From: an uncultured bacterium
Lineage (GTDB): Bacteria; Verrucomicrobiota; Verrucomicrobiia; Limisphaerales; UBA8199
Reading direction: 5' to 3'
Assembly: GCA_963749495.1 (NCBI GenBank)
Contig: CAVVMW010000019.1
Coordinates: 128,001 to 192,000, forward strand
DNA length: 64,000 nucleotides
Shown one piece after another: positions 61,701-64,000 of this stretch; positions within the stretch are counted from its first letter, which is position 1; every line of letters starts with the position of its first letter. A program made the position numbers and the translations under genes. Below the pieces are notes generated by a model, which did no database searches, was not told the DNA's origin, and saw only the letters and a program-made list of their open reading frames with translations.

Positions 61701-62249
61701 TGTTAGCCGCTCTCAGCGTCTGAGCGCATGCTTCTCGCACGCTCTTCGTCTTGCTCTTGATTTCCGGGCTATCGGCTTCATATTTGGCGCATGGACAAGG
61801 ATCAGGTTGCCCATATTTGGAACTTCACATACATCCAAAAAGCCTGAAAAACCAGGCCAAGTAGCTCTGGCGAGCGGAACGGCCAGCCCTGGTTCACCCG
61901 CCCGGTCTTCCCCTTGCCCCGGCACAGCTTCCTGCCTCCCAGCCGCCCGAATCCTTACTGAGCCCGTCCACGCTTCAAGGGCGAGCCATTAGACGAGTCA
62001 CCCCGCGCTGTCTCCATCCTCTCCATCGGCACTGAACCTGGCCCGCTGCATACATCTGGGCCTCTGACCTCGTGCTGCTCAAGAGGACCTCCAGGCAGCA
62101 GCAGAGGGCAGCAAAGGGCCTGGAGAGCCAAGGGTGAGGGAAGGGGAGGGCTTCTTGCACGGGACTTCATGGGCTGTTGGAGGTCTGGGTGCTCATTTCT
62201 CTTGACTCTGTGGCTCGTGAGGCGTTCAATCGTGCTGACACAGGACTTG

Positions 62250-62392
62250 ATGAAATGGCCTAACCGGAAACTGGAGCCGGTGAACACCTTTGGACTTGGC
62301 GGGAGGTTCAACGGCAATCCAGCATTTACCCTAATCGAACTGGTGGTGGTTATCGCCGTCATCGTGATTCTCGCCGCCATGTTGCTGCCCGA
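62250..62392 (+). pseudogene. Truncated prepilin-type N-methylation domain protein
   Basis: AFTLIELVVVIAVIVILAAMLLP, after which coding character is lost at the GC drop. Confidence 0.75.
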
Positions 62393-62658
62393 ATACCCCT
62401 GTAGCCCTCCTAAGAGAGCCACAGGAGCTGATGTAGAGGCTGAAGGTGATGTTTAGAGGGGCGACACTCCCTCGGACCAACTGTCATAGCTAAAGGCCAT
62501 ATGGAAATGCCGCCTCTCGACAGAATGAAGATGTCTATGAAAAGAACTAAACCAGTCTATGGAATCCTCACCCTCACCAGCACCCTTAGCCCAGGCAGGC
62601 GAAACGTTAAGAGGTAACCATAGAGAGAAACCATAACAACCCTAACCGACATTGATTT

Positions 62659-63573
62659 ATGCAAAATCTCTTCTGGAGGACAAAAAGTGGCAAAGTAATT
62701 CTCGCAATCGAAGCTCCATTCAAGAGCGAAGACGAGTTCGAGCAATACATTGAAACCGCAAAGGAGGTGCTCTCTGGCATAACCATCCTGAAGCGACAAG
62801 TGCGAGCCGGAGGTGACATCCCGGACATGATTGGAGTTGACCGGGACAACTACGTCGTAGTGATAGAAAACAAGAACGTGACCGTGGATGAAGCAATCCT
62901 GCCTCAGATTCTTCGCTATGCCCTATGGGCAGAAACGCATCCAGACGCCATCAAAGCAATGTGGTTCGAGGCTAAGGAAAGGCCTGAAATGGATTGGGAC
63001 CATCTACAAATACGAGTTGTAGTGTTTGCACCTTCAATCACGCTAACCGTGCCTAGATTAGTGAAGAAGATTGGTTACCCGGTAGATTTAATTGAACTGA
63101 AGAAGTTCGTTGTTGCTAAAGAGGAGTTTATTCTCGTCCGAACACTGGAAGAGCCTGAGGCAGTATCTAAACGACCTACGGCAGGACGGGACACCTACGA
63201 TAGGGCTTACTATGAGGAGCATCGTAACCCGAAGAGCGTGGAGACCTTTTTTACCTTGAAAGACGAGTTTCAACGCATTGTGCAAACTCAGACATGGAAC
63301 TTGACGACGAAGTTCACCTCGTATGGTGTTGTATTCAAGAATGGATTCTTCAATGCATTTGGAATTCAATGGAGCACCACGAAATCGCTCGAGATTTTCG
63401 TGAGGCTCCCCAAGCCAAAGGTTCCGACGGCAAAACGGCTCTGCCCCTATCCCATCTACTACGAGGACGGATGGAGGAGTATATGGCTGGATGTAACGGA
63501 CAAACTACCGTCTAAAAAGCTCTTGCCGTTGTTACGACTTGGCTACGAGAACATCCTCGGTGAACCTTCGTGA
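62659..63573 (+). CDS. PD-(D/E)xK nuclease, NucS/EndoMS-like catalytic domain, with an uncharacterised C-terminal domain
   Basis: EDEFEQYI, IPDMIGVD...VIENKN, QILRY; AT-richer codon usage than the core genes. Confidence 0.7.
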   Translation: MQNLFWRTKSGKVILAIEAPFKSEDEFEQYIETAKEVLSGITILKRQVRAGGDIPDMIGVDRDNYVVVIENKNVTVDEAILPQILRYALWAETHPDAIKAMWFEAKERPEMDWDHLQIRVVVFAPSITLTVPRLVKKIGYPVDLIELKKFVVAKEEFILVRTLEEPEAVSKRPTAGRDTYDRAYYEEHRNPKSVETFFTLKDEFQRIVQTQTWNLTTKFTSYGVVFKNGFFNAFGIQWSTTKSLEIFVRLPKPKVPTAKRLCPYPIYYEDGWRSIWLDVTDKLPSKKLLPLLRLGYENILGEPS

Positions 63574-63611
63574 GCCCTTTGGCCCTGCCACCGATATGCC
63601 CATGTTTGATG

Positions 63612-63639
63612 TTGACGCCTGGCCCGTGGAGAGTAGAAT
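63612..63639 (+). promoter_or_regulatory. Sigma-70 promoter
   Basis: TTGACG-16 bp-TAGAAT. Confidence 0.55.
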
Positions 63640-63760
63640 CCGGCAAGACCCTGAGAACAACGATGAGCGCGAGCAGAGGCCAACTCGCCTTTAACTGCAC
63701 AGCGGCGGTGGCTCAGCCTTCTACGTTCGGCAGTGATACAATCGCGAGCATCGACACAAT

Positions 63761-64000
63761 ATGAACAATCCAACCCAGCAACGACAGAGTTTACCAAGAT
63801 GGGGGGTCCTCATCATCGTCGCCAATGTACTCCTGGCGTTATGGAGCTTGGTGATAGCGTTCCCCCTCATCTCGAAGTGTATCGAGACTGAGTTTTCTGT
63901 GCCAGATGAGTTCAAGGGGATGGTAACAGGGGCGTTCGTCGGAGCAGTCCTTGCGATAGTGTCAGCGTTTGGACTCACTCAGGCCTACAAAGGAAGGCTG
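63761..64000 (+). CDS. Hypothetical membrane protein, runs off the window end
   Basis: Open frame MNNPTQQRQSLPRWGVLIIVANVLLALWSLVIAFP...GAFVGAVLAIVSAFG with two hydrophobic segments. Confidence 0.6.
   Translation, partial: MNNPTQQRQSLPRWGVLIIVANVLLALWSLVIAFPLISKCIETEFSVPDEFKGMVTGAFVGAVLAIVSAFGLTQAYKGRL

Noticed and set aside
62404..62460. CCCTCCTAA...TTTAGAGGG as an attC site
   Set aside because: It lacks the AAC/GTT core pairing and clear L boxes.

Overview
A high-GC bacterial window, most likely Verrucomicrobiota (Pedosphaera/Limisphaera-like). This is inferred from the VPDSG-CTERM substrate, an XrtC-type exosortase, a prepilin-type peptide and the style of the secreted-protein tails. Bases 1-42.4 kb are a cell-surface glycan and protein-sorting island. 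It carries NDP-sugar modification genes and an acyl-modification cassette (2 FabL-like SDRs, 2 ACPs, an AMP-ligase, LuxE-like and LuxC-like enzymes, a methyltransferase, 2 FabZ, FabH and a left-handed beta-helix acyltransferase). It also carries an NDP-sugar dehydrogenase, an outer-membrane beta-barrel, exosortase plus PrsT/PrsK/PrsR, a sigma-54-driven VPDSG-CTERM protein with thioester-domain motifs, a 2047-aa MBG-repeat adhesin and a short OPX/Wza lipoprotein. A 2544-bp IS66-family element (TIRs and 8-bp TSD visible) carries a DUF4338/DruA-like passenger gene and splits one SDR. Bases 42.4-62 kb hold housekeeping and carbohydrate genes (ptsI, PfkB kinase, RidA, dipeptidase, ApbE, Gfo/Idh/MocA, rhomboid). 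These are interspersed with REP-like palindromes, short tandem repeats, toxin-antitoxin and transposase relics, and an IS66-like MITE. Bases 62.4-64 kb are a lower-GC segment with a NucS-like nuclease and a possible attC site. At least eight genes carry single-base frameshifts, probably assembly errors. No rRNA, tRNA or CRISPR array was seen. All family assignments come from motif recognition by eye, not from database searches.
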